This document shows positions 61,815-64,000 of a DNA stretch of 64,000 nt, in pieces; the stretch's first letter is position 1, and each line of letters begins with the position of its first letter. The notes under the pieces were generated by a model that worked only from the letters and a program-made list of their open reading frames with translations, did no database searches and was not told the DNA's origin. Both the position numbers and the translations under genes were made by a program. This DNA comes from Paraphysomonas bandaiensis. Lineage: Eukaryota; Protista; Chrysophyceae. The DNA is taken from the NCBI GenBank assembly GCA_965644295.1, contig CBFFRP010000297.1, positions 1 through 64,000 on the forward strand, given 5' to 3'.

Positions 61815-64000
61815 ATGAGTACAATGGAGCTTCATACTTCAGTAGATGGTAAAGTTTTATATGTATGTGATGTGGAAACTCATACAGTATGCAGATTATT
61901 GCCTACAGAAGGTGCTGGGGGTTGCGGAATATGCTGATATTGAGCTGAATGTTACAAAGGGCGTATCGGAAGATAGTTTACAACAGCTCCATAGTCAGGC
62001 GAAATCATTTGTTTTGATGACTCCTGGTGGTCCTCTCACTTGTCAGAATACCATCCTGCGGTACCTAGGAGAGCTCAAGCCTGCGTCGGGTTTGGTTGGA
62101 GAGACTGCTTATGACTCATCTCAGGTAGCACGTCGATGCACTATATCATTTAATATCTCTCCATGTAACTATTATTCACATTTAATTAACCATAGACACT
62201 GTGGTACCTCTAATATTGTAACTTTAAATTTTATTTTTGTACAGATTGACCAGTGGATTGATTTTTCTTGGCAAGAGGTAATCCTTCATTTTATTCTAAT
62301 TAATTTTGTTATTTACGATGTTCTCAGATTGAAGTCCGTCTCCATGTCTTGCTTGCGAAACCTGGATCGCCCTGTCTTGCAGATGTGTCTCCTCAGCAGA
62401 AGGCCGGTATCGATGCCAAGGTGAAGGGTGAGTTGCCTACTGCGCTTCTGGTCCTGGATAGCCACTTGGAGAACAAAACTTATATTGTGTCTGAGAGGAT
62501 CACTATTGCTGATATTTCCCTTTGTTGTACTTGCACCACTTTGCACAAGATGGGTCTCGTCAGCCAGGGTGCCTACCCAAATCTGTTCCGCTGGATGATG
62601 ACTGTTTCGAACCACAAGTCTCTCAAGAAGACTTTTGGCCCATCTGACGCTGGTGTGAAAGGGCAAGAACAGGGACGTGGACAAATTTACAAATGGTCCC
62701 GGGGTCGCATTCGTGTAAAGGAGCTGTTGAATGAGGGAAAAACTGCTATTGGACGGGAGGTTACAGTGAAAGGGTGGATCCGCACCACGAGGTCAGCAGA
62801 AAAGGGGAAGATTGTGTTTGTCGAGCTGACGGATGGGTCCACCCCTCGGGGATTGCAGTTAGTGTTGAATTCTGAGAAGGTTGCCGGTACCACCGCTGTT
62901 GCTAACTGCGGTGGCGCTGGAGCCTCCCTTTCCGTGAAGGGATTGGTTGTGGAGTCCCCTGCTAAGGGACAAAGTATAGAGGTGCATGTGACAGATGCTG
63001 AGGTGCTCGGTCCAGTCTATGGAGGTGAGAACGGAGAGGTAGGCGGTAAGCTTTACCCAATGGCCAAGAAGCAGCATAGCCTTGAATTCCTTAGAGAAAT
63101 GGCACATCTACGCCCTCGTTCCAAAGTGTTTTCTTCTGCTCTGCGTATGCGGCATGCCATGGCATATGCTGTACACAGCTTTTATAATGAACGTGGGTTC
63201 GTTTATGTGCACACACCGCTGATAACTGCAGCAGACTGCGAGGGTGCTGGAGAACAGTTCTTGGTTACCACTTTGCTTCCTCATGAAGACTCCAAGCCGA
63301 GTGACATTCCTACAACCCCTACCGGGGCAGCAGACTACAGCAAGGACTTTTTTGGCCGCCGGTGCTCTTTGACGGTCTCTGGCCAACTAAACGTTGAGAC
63401 CCATGCTTGTGCTCTATCTGACGTCTATACTTTCGGGCCAACCTTCCGAGCGGAGAACTCCCACACTTCACGCCACTTGGCTGAGTTTTGGATGATCGAA
63501 CCTGAAATATGCTTTGCGGATATTTTCGACAACATGGCTCTAGCGGTGAGATATTTTTTGTGGCTGCACTATAGAATGAGTTCTGACTTTAACGCAGGAG
63601 GACTTTATCAAATACTGCACCAGATATGCACTTGAGCACTGCGCTGACGACCTCGCATACTTTGAGGAGCAGTATCCTCAAGGGGAGAAGGGACTACGTG
63701 AGCGTCTGCGCAATGTTGCTGAGAGCGACTTTGCCCGCATCAGCTACACAGATGCCGTACATCTGTTACACTCGGAGATTGCCGCAGGCAAGGTTACATT
63801 CGAAAACTATCCTGAATGGGGTGGTGATCTAAACTCTGAACACGAGAGATACCTCTCCGAAAAGGTTAGTCTCGTACAGTGGTATTATATATGCTATGGT
63901 GTATATTCTCTATGATACTATTGACGTCGGGCGGTCTGATTGACTGATGAGTACGACTGTAAGGAGTCTTGGGCGATACAGCAATGTATTTAGCTCGATG
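61815..64000 (+). CDS. NARS: Asparaginyl-tRNA synthetase with N-terminal GST-like domain (3'-incomplete, multi-exon)
   Basis: VKGWIRT..FVELTDGS OB-fold; HLRPR; TPLITAADCEGAGE; DFFG..LTVSGQL; YTFGPTFRAENSHTSRHLAEFWMIEPE; WGGDLNSEHERYL. Confidence 0.95.

Noticed and set aside
24297-63386. Numerous 60-200 aa ORFs antisense to or overlapping real genes, and intergenic AT-rich ORFs
   Set aside because: Shadow frames or low-complexity Y/I/C-rich translations with no motifs.
1-64000. CRISPR arrays, rRNA/tRNA genes, Fanzor/TnpB or viral (polinton/NCLDV) genes
   Set aside because: No regularly spaced repeats, cloverleafs, RuvC motifs or capsid/polB ORFs were seen by eye; a tRNAscan/Rfam/HMM run would be needed to exclude them.

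Overview
Eukaryotic nuclear DNA with short (~45-75 nt) GT-AG introns. IFT140 implies a flagellated organism; the gene set and style suggest a stramenopile, possibly a chrysophyte-like alga or flagellate (inference). The window has two compartments. (1) About 0.7-23.9 kb is a nested retrotransposon island: four Ty3/Gypsy pol regions (A-D, all minus strand), two near-identical LTR+gag 5' ends, several non-LTR (LINE) fragments and a hAT-like terminus. (2) About 24-64 kb is gene-dense: SLC43-like MFS transporter, class-I-like myosin, IFT140, membrane hybrid histidine kinase, RFC3, coiled-coil protein, PX-AGC kinase, FkbM methyltransferase, VMA22/CCDC115-like, TRM8/METTL1, PRH-like PHD protein, sulfotransferase-like, HCCS and a GST-fused AsnRS that runs off the end, with small TE insertions between genes. 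The best candidate for a novel system is the Gypsy lineage B/C/D. Its RT has IFDN instead of YxDD, conserved in two diverged copies through synonymous codon changes. Element C also has a CCCH finger in gag and a single in-frame UGA between gag and pol, and all three copies have an extra conserved domain after the integrase chromodomain. Other highlights: a myosin with a ~230-aa EF-hand-like insertion in loop 1, a covarying GNRA hairpin shared by different LINE tails, HCCS with a twin-CX9C tail, and a histidine kinase with degenerate ATP-binding boxes. Exon boundaries and LTR distal ends were read by eye and are approximate.
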